Below, piece after piece: positions 37,910-49,396 of a stretch of 64,000 nucleotides of DNA (position 1 is its first letter; every line of letters begins with the position of its first letter). The translations under genes and the position numbers were made by a program. The stretch is from IMG/VR virus record IMGVR_UViG_3300014204_007706, positions 7,584 to 71,583 of that record. One strand, 5' to 3'. The notes under the pieces are model-generated. The model had not been told where the DNA came from and did no database searches. It saw only the letters and a list, made by a program, of their open reading frames with translations. The stretch is from a virus (lineage: Duplodnaviria > Caudoviricetes).

Positions 37910-37994
37910 GCGAGTATGGCGTAATTCGCAGCCGCGCCAGACTTAGGATCTGGTCCCGCAAGGGGTGGGGGTTCAAGTCCCTCTACTCGCACCA
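37910..37994 (+). tRNA. tRNA-Leu(TAG)
   Basis: CCAGA-CTTAGGA-TCTGG, long variable arm, CCA. Confidence 0.92.
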
Positions 37995-38480
37995 TAGGGC
38001 TGTAGTCATGGGAGCCCACAATCCCGTGTCCGTGCACCGGCCTACGATAAGCCGGCTGGATTTATAGATCTTGGGCCTTCTTAGAAAGCCGACTGCGCAA
38101 CAGCTGGGTGCTTTCGGTGGCAACCGAAAGGTTTATGGGTAGCAGAGTATAGGGTGGTCACTTTTAGGAGCCCTCAATGAACACCAACAGCCCTAAGCAA
38201 TGGCAAGGACCGTCCTATAGGCGTCCCTTGTGAAGCGTAGCCCCCACACTTGAGGTGGGCGTACTTATAAAAGGTTTCTTGCCGAAGGGCATCGGTTTCC
38301 GTTTTGTTCGTGGGACTAAGTCGACTCCTTGCAGGGACACGGGCAATGATAACCGAGAAATTATTGGCTTACGGGCTTAGCGGCCCGCGGACTGCGCAGC
38401 TAGGGCAAACTGCGAATTGCCAGAAAACAACCCGATTGAAATTATAAAGCGAGGGTGGTGTAAGATGAAGAACTTAATAA
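37995..38480 (+). ncRNA. Large structured non-coding RNA of unknown class
   Basis: No credible ORF; crossing 9-bp helices and many hairpins; 3' boundary approximate. Confidence 0.6.
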
Positions 38481-38617
38481 AGATCCATTCATGAATAGTA
38501 AACGTGGGCATTACATATATAAGTTAAAACAGTTGTATCATCATAGGCAGACTGTAAGAAAGCATGACTCTATATACTGGAGCCGCTTTGCAAACTGGAT
38601 TTGTGAGGAGAGGCCAA

Positions 38618-38941
38618 ATGGGCTGGAAAAACCTAAAGAAGTTTGATATTATAGGAATAACTAAGAGACGTATGCGGCAGTGTATGAAGGACAATCCGGA
38701 GTTGCGTTTACAAAATAATCCGCAAAGGATAGCAAAAAAGCGGAGGGTGTTGCCGTGGAATTCTCCAGGAACATATTCTGTGAGCGTTGACTTAGCTGCT
38801 GGTCCCATACAGGTGGGCTCCACTGTAGTGTTAACAAATACGGGTAAAGTAAAGGTGACACTAGATGCACATACAAAACCCTTTGGAATTGCGTTGTCCA
38901 CAAGTGATTCCAAAGGTACGGTCACAATCCAGGTCTATTAA
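38618..38941 (+). CDS. PQRIxK-motif protein with possible DUF2190-like (capsid cement) C-terminal domain
   Basis: GAGGAG RBS; NPQRIAK; GPIQVGSTVVL...PFGIAL...VTIQV beta-rich pattern. Confidence 0.55.
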   Translation: MGWKNLKKFDIIGITKRRMRQCMKDNPELRLQNNPQRIAKKRRVLPWNSPGTYSVSVDLAAGPIQVGSTVVLTNTGKVKVTLDAHTKPFGIALSTSDSKGTVTIQVY

Positions 38942-39332
38942 GAGCGAACGTATCAGGGTTCCCACATTTGAAATCGCGGCCAATCCGAAGATAAAGCTTA
39001 AGGATTTGGCGCTGCGGAAGTTTTCGATACCAGGAAGATGGAAGCACGAGTGTCGTAATCCACAAAGGATACCCAAGAAGCGCCGGCCAGGGTTCAGAAA
39101 TCAGCGGCCATATAGTCCTTGGTTAGACCAGAAAGCAGGAAAGCTTATATCAGATAGGACGCTTGCGCAGGAAATGGGACTAGATTATGACGCAGAAATG
39201 TTTAAACTATTGAAGGAGAATTCGCAAGATGGGAAAAGTAATACTATATGTGGGCAAGGAACAGAAAGTGCTACACGGAACGTGGAAGACAAAGACGGGA
39301 GCCCTGCTAACAGGGGAAGCTCTAAAAAGTGA
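38865..39332 (+). CDS. Basic protein with two PQxIPK motifs
   Basis: AAGGTGA RBS; CPQVIPK and NPQRIPK; 77-nt overlap with the previous ORF. Confidence 0.55.
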   Translation: MHIQNPLELRCPQVIPKVRSQSRSIKSERIRVPTFEIAANPKIKLKDLALRKFSIPGRWKHECRNPQRIPKKRRPGFRNQRPYSPWLDQKAGKLISDRTLAQEMGLDYDAEMFKLLKENSQDGKSNTICGQGTESATRNVEDKDGSPANRGSSKK

Positions 39333-39444
39333 AGTAATAAAACCGCACTTTGAGATAGAGAATGCTTGCTGGTGGATTCTGGGTGGCGCCGGTAGGGCAT
39401 TTTCAATGTTGCACAAAAAGAGCTTACGTAAAATTAAATTATAG
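39229..39444 (+). CDS. Hypothetical protein
   Basis: 71-aa ORF whose TAG ends on G1 of tRNA-Leu(CAA); overlaps previous ORF. Confidence 0.4.
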   Translation: MGKVILYVGKEQKVLHGTWKTKTGALLTGEALKSEVIKPHFEIENACWWILGGAGRAFSMLHKKSLRKIKL

Positions 39445-39528
39445 CGAGTGTGGTGGAATTGGCAGACACAGTGGTCTCAAAAGCCACAGGGGCAACCCAT
39501 GGGGGTTCAAGTCCCTCCACTCGCACCA
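39444..39528 (+). tRNA. tRNA-Leu(CAA)
   Basis: GTGGT-CTCAAAA-GCCAC, long variable arm, CCA. Confidence 0.92.
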
Positions 39529-39541
39529 AAAAGGAGTTAAG

Positions 39542-40102
39542 ATGTTTTCTGAAATATCAAGAAACAAAAAGACAGACTTTATTTATAACTCAAACTTAAT
39601 TGAAGAAATAGGGTTTGACAAAAAAGAATATAAAGACTGGGACTCATCAAGCTACCCGGAAATATCCGGGCATGCTATGGCGACAGACTACATGTTACAG
39701 AACTGTAGTACACAACTAAGTGAATATACCATTTTGGTTATGCATGGCATGCTTACACGTGGCTTGGTGCCTAGTAAATATCGTGGCGCATATAGAGATT
39801 GTATGGTATATATTGGCGGTCATGAAGGTCTGCCTCCTGTAGGTATAAAGCCAGCGATGTCACAGCTTATACGACATGCTGCTGTAGCAAAAACTGAACA
39901 GGACTGCTGGAATATACACCACGAGTTCGAGGTCATTCATCCGTTTATTGACGGTAATGGCAGGACCGGAAGGTTAATACTTAACTGGATGCTTTTGCAT
40001 AATAAGCGTCCGTTTAAGATCATAGATATCAAAGATAGATTTACGTACTATGACCAGATAGAGGAATATCGGCGCGAGCAACTGCGCCGGAAGTATGAAT
40101 AG
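39542..40102 (+). CDS. Fic/Doc-domain protein
   Basis: Canonical HPFIDGNGRTGR; FIYNSNLIE; start moved to ATG 39542 (AAGGAG RBS). Confidence 0.9.
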   Translation: MFSEISRNKKTDFIYNSNLIEEIGFDKKEYKDWDSSSYPEISGHAMATDYMLQNCSTQLSEYTILVMHGMLTRGLVPSKYRGAYRDCMVYIGGHEGLPPVGIKPAMSQLIRHAAVAKTEQDCWNIHHEFEVIHPFIDGNGRTGRLILNWMLLHNKRPFKIIDIKDRFTYYDQIEEYRREQLRRKYE

Positions 40103-40187
40103 CGAGTGTGACGTAATGGTAGCCGTACAGGACTTAAAATCCTGTGGGGGAAACCTCGTGTGGGTTCAAGTCCCTCCACTCGCACCA
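40102..40187 (+). tRNA. tRNA-Leu(TAA)
   Basis: CAGGA-CTTAAAA-TCCTG, long variable arm, CCA. Confidence 0.92.
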
Positions 40188-40201
40188 AAAAGGAGAACCT
40201 T

Positions 40202-40480
40202 ATGGCAGCGAAAGATTCAGTGCTAGTAAGGCTTATTTTTACCGACCCTAAGTACGCGCCAGAACCTCAGGGTATCGAGAACATAAGCCGATTATTTAAT
40301 GAAATTTTTAAGGACGGCGGAATACTTGTCATTCCGGAGCATATTACAGTAGAATGGGTAAAGGAACGTACAAAGGAAGCACTACTGGCTAGACAGGCCG
40401 CAGGGCTGACTTTGGACATGGAAATACTCAATGCGGTAAAAGCTGTAGAAATACAGCATATTCGCGTGGATTTTGAGTAG
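40202..40480 (+). CDS. Hypothetical protein
   Basis: Start moved to ATG 40202 after AAAGGAG. Confidence 0.6.
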   Translation: MAAKDSVLVRLIFTDPKYAPEPQGIENISRLFNEIFKDGGILVIPEHITVEWVKERTKEALLARQAAGLTLDMEILNAVKAVEIQHIRVDFE

Positions 40481-40501
40481 AGCTCTCTAAGAAGGCGTAG
40501 C

Positions 40502-40577
40502 GGGTTGGTGGTCTAATGGTTATGATGCAGGTCTCCAAAACCTTGCGGTGGTGGTTCAATTCCATCCCGGCCCGCCA
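40502..40577 (+). tRNA. tRNA-Trp(CCA)
   Basis: Anticodon loop CTCCAAA, G73, CCA. Confidence 0.85.
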
Positions 40578-40593
40578 AAAAAAATGCTTACTT

Positions 40594-40609
40594 TTGTCGT
40601 ATAATATAC
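40594..40609 (+). promoter_or_regulatory. Phage promoter-like motif TTGTCGTATAATATAC upstream of groES/EL
   Basis: Identical to copies at 35702 and 18544 (minus strand). Confidence 0.7.
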
Positions 40610-40639
40610 ATGAGGAAATAAATCATCTTTTGAAAGGAG

Positions 40640-42570
<1,931 letters not shown>

Positions 42571-42586
42571 CATTCGGAGGTAGCCT

Positions 42587-43660
42587 ATGCAGTTATTACT
42601 ACAACAAGAGTCAGAGATATCTCTGCCTCATATGGAAAATTTCGCCATCGTTTTATGTGGTGGGGGTGGCGCCGGTCGTTGGCAAGCTGGAGTTTTGGCG
42701 GCTTTGGCTCAACAAGGCGTCATAGAACGCGCCCGCGTAATATCTGGAACGTCCGTGGGTGGGATTAATACAGGAATTTTTGGTTTATACGGATTGACAC
42801 AGGGCGCAACTTCCTCTTTAAATCCCTGTCCTACTCCAAGATGGCATCAAGCTGTAGACGTATGGGAGTCAATAACCAAAAATTCTGATGGCTATAAAGG
42901 TGACCTTACGAGCCTTCCTGGACAGATAGGGTCGGGAGTAGGCCTTCTTGCAGGTAGTGATTGTCTTTTAAACCCGGACCCTTTGCACCAAAAAATAGAT
43001 AATATTTTTGGATCACTGGATATGGAAGCAGTGTCTGAAATTTCCGGTGTGCACTTAATGATCTCTGCAATGGACTTAAATTCACAGCTTGAGGAATTTT
43101 ACACCAGCTTTGGACCAGATCGCAGCATGAAAATATCCGAAGCTATAAAAAGAACCTCGGCGCTGCCTGTCGTTTTTAAATCACAACCAGGTAAAGATTC
43201 GGCGCACCCTAACGCCGTACACTGGCATGTTGACGGCGGTTTGGCCGCTAATAATCCATTTTTAGCCTTGAATACCTATAACAGAAATTTTCCAGGGGCA
43301 CAGGTAAAGAAAGTTATTATTGTATACTGCTACCCTGATATAACCACGGATATTGGTATAAGTACGTCAACAGCTAATGATAACACAGAGTACAGAATGG
43401 CACGCGACGTGGCTTTACGGTCTTTGGGGGCAGTTATGAATGGGCAAGAACAGATGGCTGAGTCGGTAATTATAGACAAAGTTAAAGAAGCCGGCTGGGA
43501 CGTGTTAGCTTTGTACCCAAAAAATGCTCCCTGTGATGCTATAAATTTTTCCAAGACCATATTGTTGCAGGAAGGTTACGACTATGCTGTTGCCGGCAAG
43601 GGTTACTCTTACAGAGATGACGCGACTATAAACATTATTGATTTTTTAAAGCGTACATGA
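42587..43660 (+). CDS. Patatin-like phospholipase
   Basis: GGGAGR (GxGxxG), GTSVG (GxSxG), VDGG. Confidence 0.88.
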   Translation: MQLLLQQESEISLPHMENFAIVLCGGGGAGRWQAGVLAALAQQGVIERARVISGTSVGGINTGIFGLYGLTQGATSSLNPCPTPRWHQAVDVWESITKNSDGYKGDLTSLPGQIGSGVGLLAGSDCLLNPDPLHQKIDNIFGSLDMEAVSEISGVHLMISAMDLNSQLEEFYTSFGPDRSMKISEAIKRTSALPVVFKSQPGKDSAHPNAVHWHVDGGLAANNPFLALNTYNRNFPGAQVKKVIIVYCYPDITTDIGISTSTANDNTEYRMARDVALRSLGAVMNGQEQMAESVIIDKVKEAGWDVLALYPKNAPCDAINFSKTILLQEGYDYAVAGKGYSYRDDATINIIDFLKRT

Positions 43661-44088
43661 GTAAGAAAGAACCGGATGAAGCATTAGAACCTATAAGAGT
43701 GCGCGCACTTATAGAGGAAGCCAATGCCAATGTATTTGTGGAAAACTTCCTTTACGCAGAGAAAGACGCACTACGCATTGTTTGGCTAAGGTTCCTTTTG
43801 GAAGGTTCCACGCCGGAAAGAGTCATCACCCAAGTTAAAACTATATCTACAGACTTTAACATACAATTGTTGCTCTTTGCTGTAGGGCGCTCGTACTACC
43901 TGAGTTATTCTTCTGTACTTGGTGCGTTCCATAAGGTTAAAAGTTGGCAAGGTGCGGTTCCGTCCTTGGAAGAAATGGATAGACTGTGTATTTCGCAATT
44001 TCGAGTAAAGTCGAAGGTAAAGGCTATGTTTCTTGAAGACCGCTGGAGGAAGCTCAGTGACGATTATAACCTTAAAGACTCACGTTAA
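43657..44088 (+). CDS. Hypothetical protein
   Basis: 143-aa ORF, ATGA coupling. Confidence 0.55.
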   Translation: MSKKEPDEALEPIRVRALIEEANANVFVENFLYAEKDALRIVWLRFLLEGSTPERVITQVKTISTDFNIQLLLFAVGRSYYLSYSSVLGAFHKVKSWQGAVPSLEEMDRLCISQFRVKSKVKAMFLEDRWRKLSDDYNLKDSR

Positions 44089-44443
44089 AGCTACCACAGT
44101 AGGTACTATACGCCGCGTCATGGAAAATCCTGACATTACTGTGGAGTTAGTTACAAGGTTCGGGGATTATTACCTAAAACGTACTTTTGGTAAGATCCTT
44201 CAAATGCTGGACTTAAATTTTACAGTACAGTCAACTTGCAGCGAGTCATACATAGAGGTACGCGGTGGAAAGATATATTTCCATATTTGTGACATAAATA
44301 ATACTGATACAGTTTCGTGGCTGGTGTACGTCGATGATAATTTAATACCTGTTGAGAATTATAATGTGGAATATTTTGCAGACCCGGAAGATGATACCAA
44401 TATGATAAGAAAGGTAGTTGTGCCTGGCAGCGCATGGATATAG
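44057..44443 (+). CDS. Hypothetical protein
   Basis: Start moved to GTG 44057 with GGAGG RBS. Confidence 0.55.
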   Translation: MTIITLKTHVKATTVGTIRRVMENPDITVELVTRFGDYYLKRTFGKILQMLDLNFTVQSTCSESYIEVRGGKIYFHICDINNTDTVSWLVYVDDNLIPVENYNVEYFADPEDDTNMIRKVVVPGSAWI

Positions 44444-44835
44444 TTCAGTACGCACAGTCAAAAGGAATGAAAGTCAGAGCGATTGGCAACGTTTACCGCG
44501 CCATATGCCCATTCCCTGACCACCAGGAACGCACGGCTTCCTTTACGCTTTACCCGCGCACCAACAGCTTCTTTTGTTTTGGATGCAGAAAGTCCGGCAG
44601 CATGCTTAAGCTTATGCGTCTTTATGGGGATCCCATTCCACCGGAATTGCTTCAGGCTGAAAAGGACCGTCGTAAGAACGAAAAGGTGGCCAGTATTTTT
44701 CATCGAGATAGACTCAAGCGGATCCAAAACATCATCCCGAAGATAAGGAATGCGCGTAAACATTTTAAAAACCAGACCATTCTTAACAGGCGGGTATTCG
44801 CTATGCAGCGGGCTATCAAGGAGATACAATTGTGA
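44434..44835 (+). CDS. Stand-alone CHC2 zinc-finger (primase Zn-binding domain) protein
   Basis: [15 protein letters not shown]...FFCFGC. Confidence 0.85.
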   Translation: MDIVQYAQSKGMKVRAIGNVYRAICPFPDHQERTASFTLYPRTNSFFCFGCRKSGSMLKLMRLYGDPIPPELLQAEKDRRKNEKVASIFHRDRLKRIQNIIPKIRNARKHFKNQTILNRRVFAMQRAIKEIQL

Positions 44836-45935
44836 AGATATTACACTGCGCTGACGTGCACATAAAGTTGAAGAACGACAATCGGTATAAGCGCGAGCTT
44901 ATTACGTTTTTACAGTTTTTGGTAAAGACGGTTTACGAACAGAAACCTGATTATCTATTCTGGGCCGGTGACGCTTTTGATAAAGACGTTCCTACCCCAG
45001 AAGAATACACACTCTTTCATACCGTTATTAAACAAATAAGTGATTATGGTACTAAAATCATTATGACGCAAGGAAATCATGATGAGCCGGATAACGCCGA
45101 AGCGCACCACACGCTTAATCCGATCAAAGCACTCAAGATACCCAACGTATTTATTTTAGATGAACTTGACGTCTATACCTTGCCTGGAATAGATGTTTTG
45201 GCATTACCTTACAAGTACCATGATAAGGAAGAATGCAAATTAAAACTTCAGGAGCTCCATAATAATTATGCAGGTCAGAATCTTTACTTTATAGGACATT
45301 GCTGGGTAGAAGGTGGTATGGGTGTGGCTCCCCCAGCATCAGAATTTGTGATTCCTTTAGGCGTATTAGCAACTTTGCCAAAAGTAAAATATGGCGCCTT
45401 GGGACATATTCACATAGCTGGTAACGTCTTTGGTCAGTTCTTTTACTCCGGGTCACCTTATAGAACTACTTGGGGCGAGGAAGAGCCCTCCAAATGTATG
45501 CTAATGTATGACTCCGATACTGGAGTAACTTCCCAGCTGCTAACACCGGCGATTCCAATGCACATTTTTGACGTGCGTACATATACTGAGGACGACCTTA
45601 ACAGAACCGGACAAATGGTTAAAATTCGGGCCGTGGGTGTAGACGTGTCGTTGCTTCCTAAAATAGAAGAGTTGAAAACACTGCTGGAGTCGCGAGGAAA
45701 CTATGTATATGTAGAGAAGAAAGTTAATACACAATATGTGAGCGCTACTGCAGATAAGAAAGATATTTCTGTGGAGGGTTACATCGCTGAGTATGTTAAA
45801 AACAATGATGTAGTACCTTACAAAGCAACACTAAATGCTATAGTGGAGAAGATTATTTCTGGTGAGATAAAATCCGGAGCTTCACCGTTTAATATTTCGG
45901 AGTTAGGCCTGGAGGACAAAGATGCGCTTGCTTAA
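44832..45935 (+). CDS. sbcD: SbcD/Mre11 (gp47-like) nuclease
   Basis: [34 protein letters not shown]. Confidence 0.92.
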   Translation: MKILHCADVHIKLKNDNRYKRELITFLQFLVKTVYEQKPDYLFWAGDAFDKDVPTPEEYTLFHTVIKQISDYGTKIIMTQGNHDEPDNAEAHHTLNPIKALKIPNVFILDELDVYTLPGIDVLALPYKYHDKEECKLKLQELHNNYAGQNLYFIGHCWVEGGMGVAPPASEFVIPLGVLATLPKVKYGALGHIHIAGNVFGQFFYSGSPYRTTWGEEEPSKCMLMYDSDTGVTSQLLTPAIPMHIFDVRTYTEDDLNRTGQMVKIRAVGVDVSLLPKIEELKTLLESRGNYVYVEKKVNTQYVSATADKKDISVEGYIAEYVKNNDVVPYKATLNAIVEKIISGEIKSGASPFNISELGLEDKDALA

Positions 45936-47952
45936 ACTACACTTAAAAAATTTCATGGCCCATGAAGATACTACTGTGGATTTTACGGTTCTTGGCTCTC
46001 CAGTGCTTATAAAAGGCATGAATCTGGACCGCGGGAGTGAAAAGGCCTCCAATGAAGCCGGAAAGACTTCTATATTTAATGGCATTGATTATTGTTTGTT
46101 CACAAAGCGGCATATTAAGCTACGTCGAGGAACAACAAACGGGTCCACGTCATTAACGTTTGAGCATCAAGGGTCTGTTTACCAGGCCACTAAACGATTC
46201 ACGGCAGACGACTATACTTCCGAGCTTCTAAAGAACGGCCAGCTTATTTCCACGCAAAAATCCGAAGTGGAGAAGTATATGTATAATCTGATAGGAATGT
46301 CCAGGGAGCTTTATGAGCACACGATTTACCAGAACCAGATGTCTACAGACGCGTTTGGAAGCGCAACGAAGCAGCTAAAAACCGGATTTATAACAGACAT
46401 AATGGATATTTCTGTATGGGAAGACAGGCACAGCGTGGCAAAAGATATACATAAAACGCTTGGTGACTATAAAGCTAAAAGTGTGACAAAGAAAGAGATG
46501 CTGGAAGTTCAAATCAGCCAGAAGAAGACCGAGGTTGCAGCTATGGGTGAGGAAAAGATACAACAGGACTTAGGTCGGAAGCAGGCGCTTTTGGAGTCAA
46601 AGAAGCAGCTATTATCTATGCAGTCGGATACTACTGCGATGGAACAGCAGAAATACAAGCTAACCGGACAGCTTCAGGCGCTTAACTCTCGCATTGCTGT
46701 AGCAGAGAAACAGCTGACCGAGAGCAATGCTGACTTGGAAAAGCAGCGGGCCATCTACGCTGATATACAGGCTAAGCTCGTGACGCCTATAGAGGAAAAC
46801 TACAAGAAGACCTTACTGTCCAACGCGCTATCTGCGGAGAAGACTGTGGCGGCAAAAGCCCAGGAAATGCAGACCGTTGCCATGCAGATTGACGACGCAA
46901 CCAAAAAGAAACCTATAGTTTTGGCCCAGCCTAAGTGTCCTTTTTGCAGAAGGGACATGGATATATCCTGGAAGACCGAGCTCGAACGACATTTAGACGG
47001 TGAGATAGCTGCGCTACATGCCAAGTATGCTACACTGGGGTCCGAGTATGCGAATCTTTTAAACATGCGTTCCGGTCTTGCCGAGCAAGTAGAAGCTCTT
47101 AACAAACAAGTAAAAATGTATACTGAACAAGTAGGCAAAACGACTGAAGTGACCGCAAAAATTTCTAAGTGTGAGGGAATTGCGGCTGCGCTTATTCCGG
47201 AACTTACGAATAATAGAGCTGAAAGAGACTCCGCAAAGACCCAGTTGGACGATGTCATAAAGCTTTTGGGCAATACAACGCCTAGTCAGGCCGCAGTGAT
47301 TAAAGCTGATATGGAAACTATAGAGCGGGAAATAGATGTGTTTAAGACCAAACTCGCCACAATAGAGGCGTCTAAACAATTTATCACGGCAGCGGAAGGT
47401 CAGCTTGCCGGCATGCAGGCCCAGACTGCCAGGTACATCACCGCAGAGAACCTAATGAAACACGCAGCTAATATAACTTCTATTAATGGTATTCAGAAGG
47501 TCAAGATATTGCATGCGCTTGAAGACATTACACAGATAGCTAACTCGTTTCTAGCTCCTGTACATAAAGGAGTGTACTTTCAGTTTGACAAAGCTAAGAA
47601 GTCCGGAGAAGGATTCAAACCGGTATTTGACGTTATGGTAGTCAATCAGTACAAAGAAGTCTCTGAACTCGAAGATTGCTCGGGCGCTGAGGCAGGCATA
47701 GTCAACTTCGCGCTGCGTATGGCGTTGTCAACGCTGGTGGCCAACAAGTATGACTTTAAATACCTAATTATAGATGAAGGTATGAAAGATATGGACGAGC
47801 CCTACTTAGAATTTATTGCATCAGCAATTAAAAATGTATCTAGCCAATTCCAGGTATTCCTGGTGAGCCACATGAAGCAGCTTAGTGAGGAATTTTCAAA
47901 TACACTTATAGTCAGGAAAGAAAATAAAATATCCAGAGTCTTGACAGCGTAA
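45922..47952 (+). CDS. sbcC: SbcC/Rad50 (gp46-like) SMC ATPase
   Basis: LKNFMAH, NEAGKTS, coiled coil with CPFC hook, CSGAE signature, LIIDE. Confidence 0.92.
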   Translation: MRLLKLHLKNFMAHEDTTVDFTVLGSPVLIKGMNLDRGSEKASNEAGKTSIFNGIDYCLFTKRHIKLRRGTTNGSTSLTFEHQGSVYQATKRFTADDYTSELLKNGQLISTQKSEVEKYMYNLIGMSRELYEHTIYQNQMSTDAFGSATKQLKTGFITDIMDISVWEDRHSVAKDIHKTLGDYKAKSVTKKEMLEVQISQKKTEVAAMGEEKIQQDLGRKQALLESKKQLLSMQSDTTAMEQQKYKLTGQLQALNSRIAVAEKQLTESNADLEKQRAIYADIQAKLVTPIEENYKKTLLSNALSAEKTVAAKAQEMQTVAMQIDDATKKKPIVLAQPKCPFCRRDMDISWKTELERHLDGEIAALHAKYATLGSEYANLLNMRSGLAEQVEALNKQVKMYTEQVGKTTEVTAKISKCEGIAAALIPELTNNRAERDSAKTQLDDVIKLLGNTTPSQAAVIKADMETIEREIDVFKTKLATIEASKQFITAAEGQLAGMQAQTARYITAENLMKHAANITSINGIQKVKILHALEDITQIANSFLAPVHKGVYFQFDKAKKSGEGFKPVFDVMVVNQYKEVSELEDCSGAEAGIVNFALRMALSTLVANKYDFKYLIIDEGMKDMDEPYLEFIASAIKNVSSQFQVFLVSHMKQLSEEFSNTLIVRKENKISRVLTA

Positions 47953-47969
47953 CAGCTAGCACCTATACT
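47941..47969 (+). promoter_or_regulatory. Sigma-70-type promoter
   Basis: TTGACA-17nt-TATACT. Confidence 0.75.
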
Positions 47970-48129
47970 TTTACTGGATCTTAACAGACATCAGAGCGGG
48001 AGGTTTAATGGGAACACCTCAAAATTTGGTTGACCTTCCAACCTGCCAAATTTCTGCAGCCAATACTCCCACAGTCATCGGCGCACCTCCCATTCTTTTC
48101 CTCCCGCTCTTTAAATTGGAAAGGACACT

Positions 48130-48927
48130 ATGCTTACAAAGATATCTGCCACAAAGCTTGAGTCATACGTTTCATGCCCGTACAAATTCTATTTGCGCTA
48201 CGTAAAGAATGTTACACACCAGCACCTATCGACGGATTATATGCTCATGGGTACGTGTGTACATAAGATTTTGGAAGAGTTTCATTTGTATGTAATTGGC
48301 ACCAAGTTGCCTGAGGACCCCATAGGTCTACGGTTGTCATTATTGGAAGCCGCCTCACAACTAACCATGAGGCACGTTCGCACAATAGATAATGCTCACC
48401 CTGGAATGTTAAGACGCATAAAGCTCGCAGAAAGCGATGTGTTTGGAAAATATGTAAGGCCCTACGTAGAGTACTTTATACTGAATGGTTTCTACTTAAA
48501 GCGGCTGGAGCCGGAGAAACAACTTGATACTACGCTGGGTGAAATAGCAAACTCCCTTCCCAGGGAGCAGCTAAGACCATCGTATGAAACTTATAAGGAC
48601 TGTTTGGTGCAAGGCAAGATAGACTTAGTGGTGTATCCGGACTTAATCATTGACTTTAAAACGTCCGCGTCGCCGGCATCCATGAAGGACCTTACAAAGA
48701 GTTTTCAGACCACATTGTACTCTATAATCTTTGATAAGGACCTGCAGTTTATGTTTCTATACTTGAGCGAAAAGATGAAGAGTAAGATAGTTGACATAAA
48801 GAAGGTTGACAGAATAACAAGGTTTAACATGCTCTTGGAAGTTATGGAAGCGATCGATGGATCTGTCCGGTATAACAAAAATCCTAAGTCATGCTATACG
48901 TGTATTTTTAGAAAGTTCTGTTACTAA
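48130..48927 (+). CDS. PD-(D/E)XK (AddB/Cas4-like) exonuclease
   Basis: ISATKLESYVSCP, GTCVH, GKIDLV...IIDFKT, C-terminal CYTC...FC. Confidence 0.85.
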   Translation: MLTKISATKLESYVSCPYKFYLRYVKNVTHQHLSTDYMLMGTCVHKILEEFHLYVIGTKLPEDPIGLRLSLLEAASQLTMRHVRTIDNAHPGMLRRIKLAESDVFGKYVRPYVEYFILNGFYLKRLEPEKQLDTTLGEIANSLPREQLRPSYETYKDCLVQGKIDLVVYPDLIIDFKTSASPASMKDLTKSFQTTLYSIIFDKDLQFMFLYLSEKMKSKIVDIKKVDRITRFNMLLEVMEAIDGSVRYNKNPKSCYTCIFRKFCY

Positions 48928-48946
48928 AATATTAAGGAGAAAAATC

Positions 48947-49300
48947 ATGCTAGTAGGTTTTTATGCGATGACGGAAATTACCCTTGAAGTAGACTATGAT
49001 TTGTACTCCGGACCAACCAAGATGTCCAGCACTGTAACAGAGGGCGGGAGATTTAGGCTGCATATATTGCCAAATGACATCAGGACGCTTTTGGTCGTTA
49101 GCCGGGATTTTGCTGGCACTACAGTGGAACGCGAAGCTGTGTACTCTGTTGAAGAAGCGCTTAAAATGGGTTTCCTGGCCAAGATAGAGCTCGCCGTGGA
49201 TAAAATTACCGGACAGGGAGCTTTTACCAAGTATAGCAGCAAAGTTAAGGCCTACGAGGGAAAAAAGAAAAAGAAACCTGTTGACAAATCTGGACAATGA
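48947..49300 (+). CDS. Hypothetical protein
   Basis: Start moved to ATG 48947 (AAGGAG RBS). Confidence 0.55.
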   Translation: MLVGFYAMTEITLEVDYDLYSGPTKMSSTVTEGGRFRLHILPNDIRTLLVVSRDFAGTTVEREAVYSVEEALKMGFLAKIELAVDKITGQGAFTKYSSKVKAYEGKKKKKPVDKSGQ

Positions 49301-49309
49301 TGGTATATT
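49281..49309 (+). promoter_or_regulatory. Sigma-70-type promoter for tRNA-Glu/Gln
   Basis: TTGACA-17nt-TATATT. Confidence 0.7.
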
Positions 49310-49319
49310 ATAGGAAGCT

Positions 49320-49393
49320 GTCGGGTTCGTTTAAAAGCAGGACAATGGGTTTTCAATCCATGAACAGCGGAGCGTTACCGCTACCCGACACCA
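49320..49393 (+). tRNA. tRNA-Glu(TTC), non-canonical T-loop AGCGTTA
   Basis: GTCGGGT/ACCCGAC; ATGGG-TTTTCAA-TCCAT; AGCGG/CCGCT T-stem; CCA. Confidence 0.82.
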
Positions 49394-49396
49394 AAT

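Noticed and set aside
48130-48927. Cas4 of a CRISPR system
   Set aside because: No cas1/cas2 or array; it sits beside SbcCD as in phage recombination modules
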